Below, in pieces: positions 27,467 to 37,387 of a stretch of DNA of 45,723 nucleotides. The DNA lies in assembly GCA_049970895.1 (NCBI GenBank), contig JBMFMB010000013.1, positions 1-45,723 on the forward strand. The letters run 5' to 3'. Made by a program: the position numbers and the translations under genes. The notes below the pieces were generated by a model that saw only the letters and a program-made list of their open reading frames with translations, was not told the DNA's origin and ran no database searches. Source of the stretch: Candidatus Bathyarchaeia archaeon. Lineage in GTDB: Archaea > Thermoproteota > Bathyarchaeia > Bathyarchaeales > Bathycorpusculaceae. How positions within the stretch are numbered: position 1 is the first letter of the stretch; each line of letters begins with the position of its first letter.

Positions 27467-30304
27467 CTACTCCCACTTCCAAACTTTTCTTCCCATGAAA
27501 ATTTCTGGTAATATTAAAAGTCCCCAGCTGGCCACTCCTGCAACGTATGCGAGGTCTGTTAGGCTTAGGCCTGTTAGATGGAATAGTTGCTGTGTTATTG
27601 GTATGTAGGTTATTCCAATGGTTAATGCCACAGATGCTAAGTCGGCTATGACGAAGAACTTGTTTTCAAAGGCTTTTCTTCCCATTCTCCAGACGCTTCG
27701 CTTTTCTGAGCGGCAGTTCCAAACAACAAAGAGCTCAAACAGCGCTGCTTGCACGAAGGCTGTTGTGGTGGCTTCTCTGTAGGTAAGCTGCCTTGCAGCT
27801 TCCCTTGCAACAGGGTCTAAAGGTGCCTGTGAACCAAACCACGGGTGAGACGGCCAAACATAATATTCTAGACAGAAGACGAGAATGGTTCCAGTGGCTT
27901 GAAGTATAAACGAGGTTATTATAAACGCTCCCATTCCGTGAAGGATGCCTTCTTCAGGTTTGCGTGGCGGCCTATCCATCACATCGACGTCTGGCGGGTC
28001 TGTTGCTAGGGCTACTGCCGGAGCGCCATCCGTAACAAGGTTAATCCACAATATCATTGCTGGCAAGAGAGGGAGCGGAAACAGCTCTGGCGAGAAAATT
28101 CCGCCTAGAATGGCAAACGTGCCTATAACTAACAGTTCATCAAAGTTGCATGAAATGAGAAATCGCGCATACTTCCGTATATTGTCATAGATAACTCTTC
28201 CTTGTTCCACAGCCTTAACAATTGTTGCGAAATTGTCGTCTGTCAGAACGAGGTCTGAGGCTTCTCTTGTAACGTCGGTTCCGCTTATGCCCATGGCCAC
28301 ACCGACATCTGCAGCCTTAACCGCTGGTGCATCATTGACACCGTCGCCTGTCATTGCCACTATGTGGCCTTTCTTCTTCAATGCATTGACTATTTTCAGC
28401 TTGTGCTCTGGCGAAACGCGGGCGTAAACCGTCACCTTTTCCACTATTTCTTCAAATTCTTTATCGCTAAGCTGGTCCATCTCGGCGCCAGTTAAAACCA
28501 AATCGCCTTCCTTGTATATTCCAACCTCTTTGGCAACAGCTATGGCTGTTAGCTTGTGGTCGCCAGTAATCATGACAGTCTTTATGCCCGCCTTTTGGCA
28601 TTTTTTGTTAGCTTCTATGGCTTCCTCTCTCGGCGGGTCTATCATCCCTTGGAGGCCTACGAAAACCATTCCCTTCTCAACAGCTTCAGCCTCATACTTT
28701 GTCGTGGTTTCTGGTAAACGCCTATAAGCCATTCCGAGAACCCGCAGTGCATTTCCAGCCAATTGCTCGTTTACTTCTAAAATTTTCTTTCGCTTATCCT
28801 CTGTTAGCCTTTTCTCCTTGCCCTCTTCAAATATGTGGGTGCATCTTTCAAGAACAACTTCTGGAGCGCCCTTCATGTAGGCGTGCACTTCGCCCTCGGG
28901 AGTTTTGTGGATGGTGGTCATGCGCTTCCTTTCAGAGGTGAATGGGATTTCACCAACTCTTGGAAAACTTTTCTCTAAAGCTTCTTTTTCAAGTCCGGCC
29001 TTGGCAGCCGCAACGATTAGGGCGCCTTCTGTTGGGTCTCCGAAAATTTCCCAACTATTGTTTTGGTCATTTTTCCTTAAGCTGGCGTTGTTGCATAAGG
29101 CTCCTATTCGCAACACAAGTTCAAGGCTTCCTTCGGGATTAATCGCATCTTCCCCTATGCGGAACTCTCCTTTTGGCTCGTAGCCAACACCTGTTACCTC
29201 GACAAGTTTTCCGTCAACATATATTTGGCGGACAGTCATCTCCCCTTTTGTTATCGTCCCAGTTTTGTCAGAGCATATAACCGTGACAGCACCAAGACTC
29301 TCAGCAGAGGAAAGTCGCCTCACGATGGCGTTGCGTTTGGCAAATTCTCTTGCGCCTAAAGCCAGCGCTATGGTGACTATTGCTGGAAGCCCTTCTGGAA
29401 CAGCTGATATTGCCAGAGAAATTGATGACATGAAGGCTTGGATGAAGCCCTCAACTTCAAAGTGCATCTTCATTATTACCTCAAAGGCTTCAAGGGCAAA
29501 GATTAGCACACAGACGGCAATTACAACCTTGGCTATTTTGCTTGCGAATCTGTCCAGCTTCCTTTGAAGTGGTGTTTCCTCCTCCTCGGCTGTTTGCACC
29601 ATCTCGGCAATTTTCCCAAATTCCGTGCTCATCCCAGTGGCGGTTACAACCGCTTTACCCCTACCATAAACTATGTGGGTGGCGGAGAAAACCATATTCC
29701 GCCTCTCGGAAATTGGGGTGTTCTCTGGTAGAACTGTTAACTCCTTATTAACTGGCGTGGACTCCCCAGTTAAAACAGCCTCATTAGCCTTAAGCTCCAC
29801 AACCTCTATGAGGCGAGCATCAGCTGGAACATGGTCGCCCTCCTCTAACGCAAGTATGTCGCCCGGAACCACCTCGCTTGCCGGAATAATAATCTCCTTT
29901 CCATCCCTTATTATACGCGCTTTAGGAGCAGCCAATTTTTTAAGGGCCTCAACAGCTTTTTCAGCCCTATATTCTTGGACGAAGCCCGTTATTGCGCATA
30001 AGAGGACAATGGCGCCTATTGTTATTGAGTCTGCATAAGCCTCTAGGAACTCCCCGCCCTGCAACATTTCATAGTAGCCAACAATCGCAGAAAATATAGT
30101 TGCCGCAATCAGCAACAAGATGAATATATCTTTAAACTCGTCCAAAAACATGTGGAGGGCCGTGCGCCTCTTCACCTTCTTAATCTCGTTAGGCCCATAC
30201 TTCTTAAGCCTCTCAAGGGCCTCCTGTGAAGATAAACCTTCGCGGCTAACTCCTAACTCTTTTAAAACTTCGTCAACTTCCATGGCATGCCAAGGCTTTG
30301 ACAT
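27467..30304 (-). CDS. Type II (Ca2+-like) P-type ATPase
   Basis: TGES, PEGL, DKTGT, KGAPE, DPPR, TGDGVNDAP, LWINLVTDG. Confidence 0.95.
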   Translation of the reverse strand: MSKPWHAMEVDEVLKELGVSREGLSSQEALERLKKYGPNEIKKVKRRTALHMFLDEFKDIFILLLIAATIFSAIVGYYEMLQGGEFLEAYADSITIGAIVLLCAITGFVQEYRAEKAVEALKKLAAPKARIIRDGKEIIIPASEVVPGDILALEEGDHVPADARLIEVVELKANEAVLTGESTPVNKELTVLPENTPISERRNMVFSATHIVYGRGKAVVTATGMSTEFGKIAEMVQTAEEEETPLQRKLDRFASKIAKVVIAVCVLIFALEAFEVIMKMHFEVEGFIQAFMSSISLAISAVPEGLPAIVTIALALGAREFAKRNAIVRRLSSAESLGAVTVICSDKTGTITKGEMTVRQIYVDGKLVEVTGVGYEPKGEFRIGEDAINPEGSLELVLRIGALCNNASLRKNDQNNSWEIFGDPTEGALIVAAAKAGLEKEALEKSFPRVGEIPFTSERKRMTTIHKTPEGEVHAYMKGAPEVVLERCTHIFEEGKEKRLTEDKRKKILEVNEQLAGNALRVLGMAYRRLPETTTKYEAEAVEKGMVFVGLQGMIDPPREEAIEANKKCQKAGIKTVMITGDHKLTAIAVAKEVGIYKEGDLVLTGAEMDQLSDKEFEEIVEKVTVYARVSPEHKLKIVNALKKKGHIVAMTGDGVNDAPAVKAADVGVAMGISGTDVTREASDLVLTDDNFATIVKAVEQGRVIYDNIRKYARFLISCNFDELLVIGTFAILGGIFSPELFPLPLLPAMILWINLVTDGAPAVALATDPPDVDVMDRPPRKPEEGILHGMGAFIITSFILQATGTILVFCLEYYVWPSHPWFGSQAPLDPVAREAARQLTYREATTTAFVQAALFELFVVWNCRSEKRSVWRMGRKAFENKFFVIADLASVALTIGITYIPITQQLFHLTGLSLTDLAYVAGVASWGLLILPEIFMGRKVWKWE

Positions 30305-30412
30305 ACGGCACCCTTCTGATTTTAATGTTAAATGAGACATGCAGCAACCTGCTTATAAAATTCTCTGTTTACAAACCTTCAAAACACCGGGTCATAAAAA
30401 GGAAAGGAGATG

Positions 30413-32488
30413 TTAGGCAATCAGCAGAAGGATTAGTGGAGCAAAGACTTCGGCCACCAGCGACATCACAGTAATCATAGTGTTCAGTGATGGCCCAGCT
30501 GTGTCCTTGAATGGGTCTCCAACAGTGTCGCCAGTCACAGCAGCCTTATGGGCTTCTGAGCCTTTTCCACCATGCGCCCCAGACTCTATGTATTTTTTGG
30601 CGTTGTCCCAAAGGCCGCCAGCATTAGCCATAAACAAGGCGAAGATTATGCCCGTAACAATGCTACCTGCCAGAAAGCCAGCCAAAGCCTCTTTTCCAAG
30701 CACAATCAGCGTTATTAGTGGGACGATTATGGCGAGTGAGCATGGCAGCATAAGCTCTTTGATGGCCCCCTTAGTGGCTATGTCCACACATCTGGCATAG
30801 TCAGGCTTGGCCTTACCCTCCATAAGCCCAGGAATCTCCTTAAATTGGCGCCTAACCTCCTCAACCATCCTCTCGGCGTTTCTTCCAACAGCCAGAATTA
30901 GCAGCGCTGAAAGAAGCGGAGGCATCATGCCACCTAAGAAAATTCCCGCAACAATTTTTGGGTCCATTAGATTGAGCGTTAACTCTGTGTCAAGTAAGTG
31001 CTCAACCAGTTCTTTATAAGCGCCAAAAAGCGCCAAAACCGTTAGGGCTGCAGCACCTATGGCAAAGCCTTTTGTTATGGCCTTTGTTGTATTACCAGCA
31101 GCATCCAACCTGTCGGCAACCTCGATAACCTCCTCACCTAAACCCGACTGTTCAGCTATACCCTTAGCATTGTCAGACACAGGCCCATAAGCATCAGCCG
31201 ATATTGTCATTCCAACAGTCGCAAGCATCCCCACAGCTGCTATGGCAATCCCGTAAACAGCGTCAATGTTAAATGCTTGAGCCAAATACCAAGCAGCAAT
31301 AGTCGCCGCACAAATACCAATCACTGGCGGAACTATGCTAACAATTCCATAGGAAAAGCCTGTAAGTATGTTGATTGCTGCACCAGTTGTTGAAGCCTCT
31401 GCCACTTTCTGCGCCGGTGACCTATCTATAGACGTGAAATAATCAGATGTTATTCCAATTATCACTCCAGCAACTAATCCAGCAACCGTTGGCAGAAAAA
31501 CTCCAAGCCACTGGTCATCTGGCAACCCCGAAAAGCGGGTGACAATGAATAGGAAGATAGCAAAGATTATCCATGTAGCAAAGGAACCTCTGTTAAGCGC
31601 CGCCCCGGGGTTACCCCTTATACTCAGCTTAACAACAAAAGCGCCTATTATTGAAGCGAAAAGTCCAACAGCGGAAACCAAAAGAGGCAATGCCACCAGA
31701 CTACTTACACCCATCGTGGCGCCAATTATCATTGCAGCTACAATGCTGGCAATGTATGAGTCAATTAGGTCAGCGCCCATCCCAGCGACGTCGCCCACGT
31801 TATCCCCAACGTTGTCTGCAATAACAGCGGGGTTTCGAGGGTCATCCTCCGGAATTCCAAGCTCAACCTTCCCAACAAGGTCCGCACTAATGTCTGCCGT
31901 TTTAGTGTATATGCCTCCACCAGCCTTTGCAAAAAGCGCTAAAGAGCTGGCTCCAAAACTAAAGCCCAAAACCACATTTGCAGCTTTAACAGCACTCCAC
32001 CCAAAAATTATGTTAAAGACATAGTAAAGTAGGCTTATTCCTAAAAGGGCTAAACCAACAATGAATAAGCCCATCACTGCGCCGCCGTAAAAGGCCACTG
32101 GAAAGGCTTTTTTCATTCCTTGTTTTGCAGCGTTAGCTGTTCTAACATTGGCCTCAACTGCCGCCATCATACCAACATAGGCAGCAACAGTTGTGCATAC
32201 AGAGCCAAAAATGTAGGCAACAGCCATGCTTAACCCAAACGGAAGCCCTTGCGGAAATCCCTCATAAAACGTGTAAAGCACCCCGAGAACCACCGCCATT
32301 ACAACGACGAAAACTGCCAATGTCATGTTCTGCCTTCTAAGATAGGCTTTGGCGCCCTCCTTTATGGCGTTGGCAATCTCCCGCATGCGCTCAGTGCCGC
32401 TATCTTGGCTTGTAACATACTTGTATAGGTAGCTAGCCAAACCAACAGCAGCCAAACCAGCTATGGGCGTAATATAAAACCACTCCAT
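30413..32488 (-). CDS. hppA: Membrane-bound pyrophosphatase, K+-independent H+-pumping type
   Basis: GGGIYTKTAD, EDDPRN, DNVGDNVGD, GNTTKA, GDTVGDPFKDT. Confidence 0.95.
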   Translation of the reverse strand: MEWFYITPIAGLAAVGLASYLYKYVTSQDSGTERMREIANAIKEGAKAYLRRQNMTLAVFVVVMAVVLGVLYTFYEGFPQGLPFGLSMAVAYIFGSVCTTVAAYVGMMAAVEANVRTANAAKQGMKKAFPVAFYGGAVMGLFIVGLALLGISLLYYVFNIIFGWSAVKAANVVLGFSFGASSLALFAKAGGGIYTKTADISADLVGKVELGIPEDDPRNPAVIADNVGDNVGDVAGMGADLIDSYIASIVAAMIIGATMGVSSLVALPLLVSAVGLFASIIGAFVVKLSIRGNPGAALNRGSFATWIIFAIFLFIVTRFSGLPDDQWLGVFLPTVAGLVAGVIIGITSDYFTSIDRSPAQKVAEASTTGAAINILTGFSYGIVSIVPPVIGICAATIAAWYLAQAFNIDAVYGIAIAAVGMLATVGMTISADAYGPVSDNAKGIAEQSGLGEEVIEVADRLDAAGNTTKAITKGFAIGAAALTVLALFGAYKELVEHLLDTELTLNLMDPKIVAGIFLGGMMPPLLSALLILAVGRNAERMVEEVRRQFKEIPGLMEGKAKPDYARCVDIATKGAIKELMLPCSLAIIVPLITLIVLGKEALAGFLAGSIVTGIIFALFMANAGGLWDNAKKYIESGAHGGKGSEAHKAAVTGDTVGDPFKDTAGPSLNTMITVMSLVAEVFAPLILLLIA

Positions 32489-32629
32489 ACACTGAACCCC
32501 TATTAGCAGCCCTCTTTACAAAGCGTTTGAAATGAAAACCCAAGCATATAAATTTACTGCAAAAACCTAGAGGGGGGTAGTGTATTTGCAAAGCAAAAAC
32601 AAGCACAAATATGACTTTTACTGGCAGAT

Positions 32630-32754
32630 TGGCGCCGGGGAGGGGATTCGAACCCCTGCGAGCCCGAAGGCCCACTGGCTTCCTTGTCAAAGCCCCATTT
32701 TAGACGTTTTAGTGGATCTCGAGGCCAGCGCGTTAACCACTCCGCCACCCCGGC
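32630..32754 (-). tRNA. tRNA-Ser(CGA) with 37-nt anticodon-loop intron (32681-32717), CCA encoded
   Basis: GCCGGGG/CCCCGGC acceptor stem, CTGGC-CT-CGA-G|intron|A-GCCAG, long variable arm, GGTTCGAATCC. Confidence 0.9.
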
Positions 32755-32793
32755 CTTCAAAAGGTTAAGAAGCGTGTTTATTCTAAAAAGGGT

Positions 32794-33597
32794 TTATGTC
32801 CTCAAAAGCGACGGATAAAGCCACTTCTTACCTTTAACTTGCTTCCTTTTATCCCATTCATGTAGAATTTTCACCGCCTCGTTGGCGACTTTTATGGCGT
32901 CTTCCTCACCCTCGCCCGGCTTGAATTCGCCAGTGCATCGGTTGGCGTAAACCGCGCAGACTGCTCCAGCCCTTAATCCGTAAAGGTTTGCAAGCGTGTA
33001 GAGAGCGGCTGTTTCCATTTCAAAGTTTAGGACGCCAGCCTTCTGCAAAACTGGGATGATGTTGGCTGTTCCGGTTTTGGTTGGGCGGTTCTGTCCAGCG
33101 TAGAAGTCAGACGTTGTGGCTGTAACGCCCACATGATAATTGCCTATGCCAAGGCTTTCAGCCGCCTCAATCAGCGCCAGCAAAACTTCGTAACTGGCGG
33201 TTGCGGGGTATTCTGGCATTATGTAACAGTTGCTTGTGCCGTCGAGGCGAACAGCAGCCGAAGAAATAACAATGTCACTGCATTTTACGTCCTTTTGAAT
33301 GGCACCGGAACTTCCAACACGGATGAACGTGTGGACTCCAATGGCTGAAGCCTCATTAACAACTATAGCCATACACGCCGGCCCAATGCCACTGGAAATG
33401 GCAGATATTGGAACACCTTTATAAGTGCCTGTGAAGCTTCGAAACTCTCTGTGGCATGAAACTTCCTTTGCTGAATCCCAGAACTTGGCTATTTTTGGAA
33501 CACGATCTGGGTCGCCGGGAACCAGCAGATACCCCGCCAAATCACCCTTTCCACACGCTATATGGTACTGCTTGTCGCTTGTTTTGGCCTGGTGCAT
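32794..33597 (-). CDS. Uridine/nucleoside phosphorylase
   Basis: QYHI, PGDPDRV, HREF, GIGP, IRVGS-G, NFEME. Confidence 0.9.
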   Translation of the reverse strand: MHQAKTSDKQYHIACGKGDLAGYLLVPGDPDRVPKIAKFWDSAKEVSCHREFRSFTGTYKGVPISAISSGIGPACMAIVVNEASAIGVHTFIRVGSSGAIQKDVKCSDIVISSAAVRLDGTSNCYIMPEYPATASYEVLLALIEAAESLGIGNYHVGVTATTSDFYAGQNRPTKTGTANIIPVLQKAGVLNFEMETAALYTLANLYGLRAGAVCAVYANRCTGEFKPGEGEEDAIKVANEAVKILHEWDKRKQVKGKKWLYPSLLRT

Positions 33598-33601
33598 AAG
33601 G

Positions 33602-34597
33602 TTACCTCTCAATTTGCAGCTTCTTAGGCATGACTAAGTCCGCTATGTCAACACTATGCTCGTATATTTGATGAAGTGTCGAAACCGCAGCCAGAAGATA
33701 GGGCATAATCTCACGGCTTTGCGCCTTGGCACTTTTTTCAATGGCGGCTAAAGCTTTTTCTACATTCTCCCTCATGTTCCGCACATCTTCCGCCAAACCA
33801 GCGTCCCCAGCAAAGAAAGCCTTTAATGCATTCTCGTGTGCCTCAAAGCAGAGGGAATGAAACTCAACAATAAGCCTCTTCAAGGCCTCATCCAGCTTTG
33901 CACCCTTCAACTCAGACACTTTAAAGGCCGTACGTACGCACTCGTCTCCAATGGTTTCCACAAGGCTTGCCGCTAAACGGTAGTCGAGGCACTCGATGGG
34001 CTGAACCCCAAGCTTTTCGCTCAGGCTCGGATTTTGAATAATTGTTCGCAGAATCCTAACAAGGAGGAAGTAAAGCCTGTTAACCTCCTCGTCGCGGGCC
34101 ATCACACTCTTTGCCATAGACAAATCGCCATCAACAAGCGCGTTTACAACATCTCTATGCATACCAGCAACAATTGAATAGCCCCTTTTCAGGATCTTTT
34201 CAGGCGGAAAACTGGAAGGCTCAAGCAGGCACTGCAAAACAATTTTTAAATAGTCCTCCTCAACTATTTCAAGGCCCACTAAGCGACTGGCCGCTTTCTT
34301 AACGCTTTCACGGATTTCAAAGCTTATAGGCTCCTTACCCTCCACACGGATAATGTCAAATCCAAGCAAATATTTACCAATGATTTCTCGGCTTAAATAC
34401 GGGCCGGGCTTTAAAACAATAGTGCGGGGGGAGGGAGTAGCCCCATACTCCGGGTCTATAAGAAGCTTGCCATCACTGGTTTCGTTTACCGCCACAACAG
34501 ATCCACGTTTCAATCCGTACCTTTCAGCCCAATCCTTAGGTATGCAAACAAAGAATGTGCCGCTTGGCGTCTGTTGGATCTTGCGAATTGTGCCCAA
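33602..34597 (-). CDS. AbrB-PhoU phosphate uptake regulator
   Basis: N-terminal RKIQ-T--GTF---IPKDW AbrB domain plus PhoU repeats. Confidence 0.88.
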   Translation of the reverse strand: MGTIRKIQQTPSGTFFVCIPKDWAERYGLKRGSVVAVNETSDGKLLIDPEYGATPSPRTIVLKPGPYLSREIIGKYLLGFDIIRVEGKEPISFEIRESVKKAASRLVGLEIVEEDYLKIVLQCLLEPSSFPPEKILKRGYSIVAGMHRDVVNALVDGDLSMAKSVMARDEEVNRLYFLLVRILRTIIQNPSLSEKLGVQPIECLDYRLAASLVETIGDECVRTAFKVSELKGAKLDEALKRLIVEFHSLCFEAHENALKAFFAGDAGLAEDVRNMRENVEKALAAIEKSAKAQSREIMPYLLAAVSTLHQIYEHSVDIADLVMPKKLQIER

Positions 34598-34680
34598 TTT
34601 ACATCACACCATAATGCATGTACGTTACTGCAAGTATTAACAGATTTAAACAAAACTTTAATATATAAACTTAAACGTAA

Positions 34681-35277
34681 GTGTTGAAATTGGAAGACAA
34701 AGTTATAATTGGTATAGATTTAGCGGGCAAAGAGGAAAACCCTACAGGTTTGGCACTCTGGCAAAACAAAAATGTGGAAACATGCCTAATTTACACAAAC
34801 AATGAAATTTTAGAAAAAGTTTTTAGCACAAACCCAAAAATCGTGGCAATAGACGCTCCGCTAAAACTTCCAAAAAGCGGAATTTTTAGAAAAGCGGATA
34901 AGGAGCTCATCAAAAAGGGTTACCGCGTTTTTCCACCGGGCTTGCCTGCCATGAAAAAGCTCACCCTTCGGGCAATTGAGCTAAATAGGTTAATAACAGA
35001 AAGGGGCATACAAACAATAGAAGTGCATCCTGCATCAACGAGAAAGGCTCTAGACATGCCAACAAAAGACTGGAAAACCATTCAAAGCATCCTAAAAAGC
35101 ATAGGTTTAGCTGGTTCTCTAAGCAAGCATATGTTAACGCCGCATGAGATAGACGCTGTAACCGCAGCCCTAACGGGCTATCTCTACATGGAAGGCTTAA
35201 CGGAATTTGTAGGCGACCATGAGGAAGGCTATGTTGTAGTCCCAATAAAACAGAATTGGAGGAAGATAAGGCTTTGA
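34681..35277 (+). CDS. DUF429 predicted nuclease (RNase H-like fold)
   Basis: GIDLAG, AIDAPL, R-AD-EL, IEVHP, HEIDA. Confidence 0.85.
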   Translation: MLKLEDKVIIGIDLAGKEENPTGLALWQNKNVETCLIYTNNEILEKVFSTNPKIVAIDAPLKLPKSGIFRKADKELIKKGYRVFPPGLPAMKKLTLRAIELNRLITERGIQTIEVHPASTRKALDMPTKDWKTIQSILKSIGLAGSLSKHMLTPHEIDAVTAALTGYLYMEGLTEFVGDHEEGYVVVPIKQNWRKIRL

Positions 35278-36857
35278 TCTTCTCAGAAAAGCTTCAAAAA
35301 GCTGTGGAACTCACCATAGCAGCGGGATATCAGCTCAACAAAGAAGCCTTCGAATTTCTAAATGATGTTTCCATAACCGAGGACCCCGTGGAAATTGTAA
35401 GCAAAGCCTTAGCAAAAATAGAAACGCTAAAGGACAAGCCGCTCTTTATCGAGCGAAGCTTTCTAGAGGAACTTGTAAAAAAGCCTGAGCATATAGAAGC
35501 CCCTATGGTAGAGCCCGAGATAAAGTACACCTTGGCCTCACCAATGCCTTCTCAAGAGCGAATAATACAGTCGCAGTTAATCCTTGAGGGAAAGAAGGTT
35601 TTCCGTCCTTACGCGAAAGACGTGGAAGCTGAAATCAAAGTAATTGAGGATGCTGGCAGTAAACTCAGTTCAAGCGGAACAATGGAGGATTACCTTGAAT
35701 ATTTTCGGGACCGGTTTAAGCGAATTGAAAAGTTGCTTAGGCAAAGGATGGATGTGAAAGGTGCAGTTTCAATTGCCGACGCATTAAACGCCGCTCCCGA
35801 CACAAGGCTTAAAGTAATTGGGATGATAACGGAGAAATGGGAAGCAAAACAAAAAGTTCTACTGACGATAGAAGATTTCAGTGCAAATGCCACCGTTTTA
35901 GTACCTCAGAACGCTCCACCCGACCTTTTGGCTAAGGCTAGAACACTTTTGCTGGATCAAGTCATTTGCGTTAGTGTGGTCAAAACCCGAGGAAAACTTT
36001 TGATAGCTGAAGACATTATTCTGCCAGACATCCCTCCCAAAAATCAAAACAGGGCTCAAGTTCCAGTTTATGCCGTCCTCACTTCAGACATGCATGTGGG
36101 CAGCACAAAATTTCAGGAACCCCTTTTCAGCAGGTTTGTTTCGTGGCTTAAGGGCGAATATGGGAATGGGCAAATGCGGGAAATAGCCAGCCACGTGAAA
36201 TATGTCCTGATTGCTGGCGATATTGTTGATGGAATAGGTGTCTACCCTAACCAAGCCAAGGAACTCGCAATAAAAGACATTTATGGACAGTATAGGTTAG
36301 CTACAAAACTCATCAAACAAATCCCAGACCATATCGAAGTGATAATTATTCCCGGAAACCACGACGCCCCAAGGAAGGCTCTACCCCAACCACCAATATC
36401 TGATGCTTTCCTCGAACTCATACAAGATGTAGGTAATGTCCACTCCTTCGGAAACCCATGCCTCATAAGCCTCCACAACGTCGAAGTGCTCATGTACCAC
36501 GGTCGAAGCCTCGATGACATAATATCCACAGTCCCTGGAATAAACTATGCTCAACCTGAAAAAGCAATGACACTACTTTTGCAGTGCCGCCATTTAGCGC
36601 CAGTCTATGGTGGAAAAACGCCCATAGCGCCAGAAAGCAGAGACTGCCTTGTCATAGAGCGGGTGCCAAACATCTTCCACGCAGGCCACATACACACCGT
36701 CGGACACACCAATTACAGGGGCGTCACCATCATTAACTCCGGTTGCTGGCAAGAACAGACAGAATACATGCGAAGGCAAGGGTTCACACCCATGCCAGGC
36801 CTCGTTCCTGTAGTAAATCTCCAAGCATTAGACGTTCGCATCATCTCATTTGCCTAA
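35274..36857 (+). CDS. polB: DNA polymerase D small subunit DP1 (proofreading exonuclease)
   Basis: OB fold, SDMHVGS, AGDIVDG-G-YPNQ, PGNHD, YHG, HLAP, GHIH; TTG start overlaps the upstream TGA. Confidence 0.95.
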   Translation: MIFSEKLQKAVELTIAAGYQLNKEAFEFLNDVSITEDPVEIVSKALAKIETLKDKPLFIERSFLEELVKKPEHIEAPMVEPEIKYTLASPMPSQERIIQSQLILEGKKVFRPYAKDVEAEIKVIEDAGSKLSSSGTMEDYLEYFRDRFKRIEKLLRQRMDVKGAVSIADALNAAPDTRLKVIGMITEKWEAKQKVLLTIEDFSANATVLVPQNAPPDLLAKARTLLLDQVICVSVVKTRGKLLIAEDIILPDIPPKNQNRAQVPVYAVLTSDMHVGSTKFQEPLFSRFVSWLKGEYGNGQMREIASHVKYVLIAGDIVDGIGVYPNQAKELAIKDIYGQYRLATKLIKQIPDHIEVIIIPGNHDAPRKALPQPPISDAFLELIQDVGNVHSFGNPCLISLHNVEVLMYHGRSLDDIISTVPGINYAQPEKAMTLLLQCRHLAPVYGGKTPIAPESRDCLVIERVPNIFHAGHIHTVGHTNYRGVTIINSGCWQEQTEYMRRQGFTPMPGLVPVVNLQALDVRIISFA

Positions 36858-37387
36858 GATAGGCCGCGGGCAATAAGCCTAGCAACGCGAAGGGGTTCTG
36901 GCACTCGGCCGCAAACGGCAAAACTTGTTATAAGGCGGCTAGCCCACTCTACTTCTGCGTCGACAACCTCAACATATAGTGGAGGCTCTTCAGCGAATAC
37001 CCTCACTTCATGGATTGGCCCTAATCTTTCAAAAACCTCCCAACGTCTCTTCCAATCCCTAAAGTGCCGAATTAGCGCCTGTTTTACCGCCCTATTGTCG
37101 GGTTTCACCCTCGACACAACAACAACGGGTTTGTGAAACTCGTCGTGAAGAACTACGGGGTCTATGACATTAAAGCCAGCAAAAGACACCCCCGCAAGCA
37201 TAACCACCTCAAAATCCCACCGCCTTAGGACACTGACAGCCTTTTCCGTCGCATCTAAACCGTCAACAGTTATCCTTTGGAAGGCTGCATCCTCAATTTT
37301 CAAATCCTTTAAAAGAACCGCTGCCAAGAGAGCCTTTTTCGTAAAGCCTTTTACAAAGCTTCCATCTTCAATTCCTACCACCCGCAA
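36854..37387 (-). CDS. DUF99 / endonuclease V-like protein
   Basis: GIEDG-F, VDGLDAT, G-SFAGFNV, PEPLRVA-LIA; overlaps the 3' end of cdc6. Confidence 0.87.
   Translation of the reverse strand: MRVVGIEDGSFVKGFTKKALLAAVLLKDLKIEDAAFQRITVDGLDATEKAVSVLRRWDFEVVMLAGVSFAGFNVIDPVVLHDEFHKPVVVVSRVKPDNRAVKQALIRHFRDWKRRWEVFERLGPIHEVRVFAEEPPLYVEVVDAEVEWASRLITSFAVCGRVPEPLRVARLIARGLS

Noticed and set aside
32433-32768. Three short ORFs over the tRNA-Ser locus
   Set aside because: Translations of a tRNA gene.
34598-34610. TTTACATCAC resembling the origin-flank motif
   Set aside because: Coincides with the SD-like GGTGTGA just upstream of the AbrB-PhoU start, so it is most simply a ribosome-binding site.
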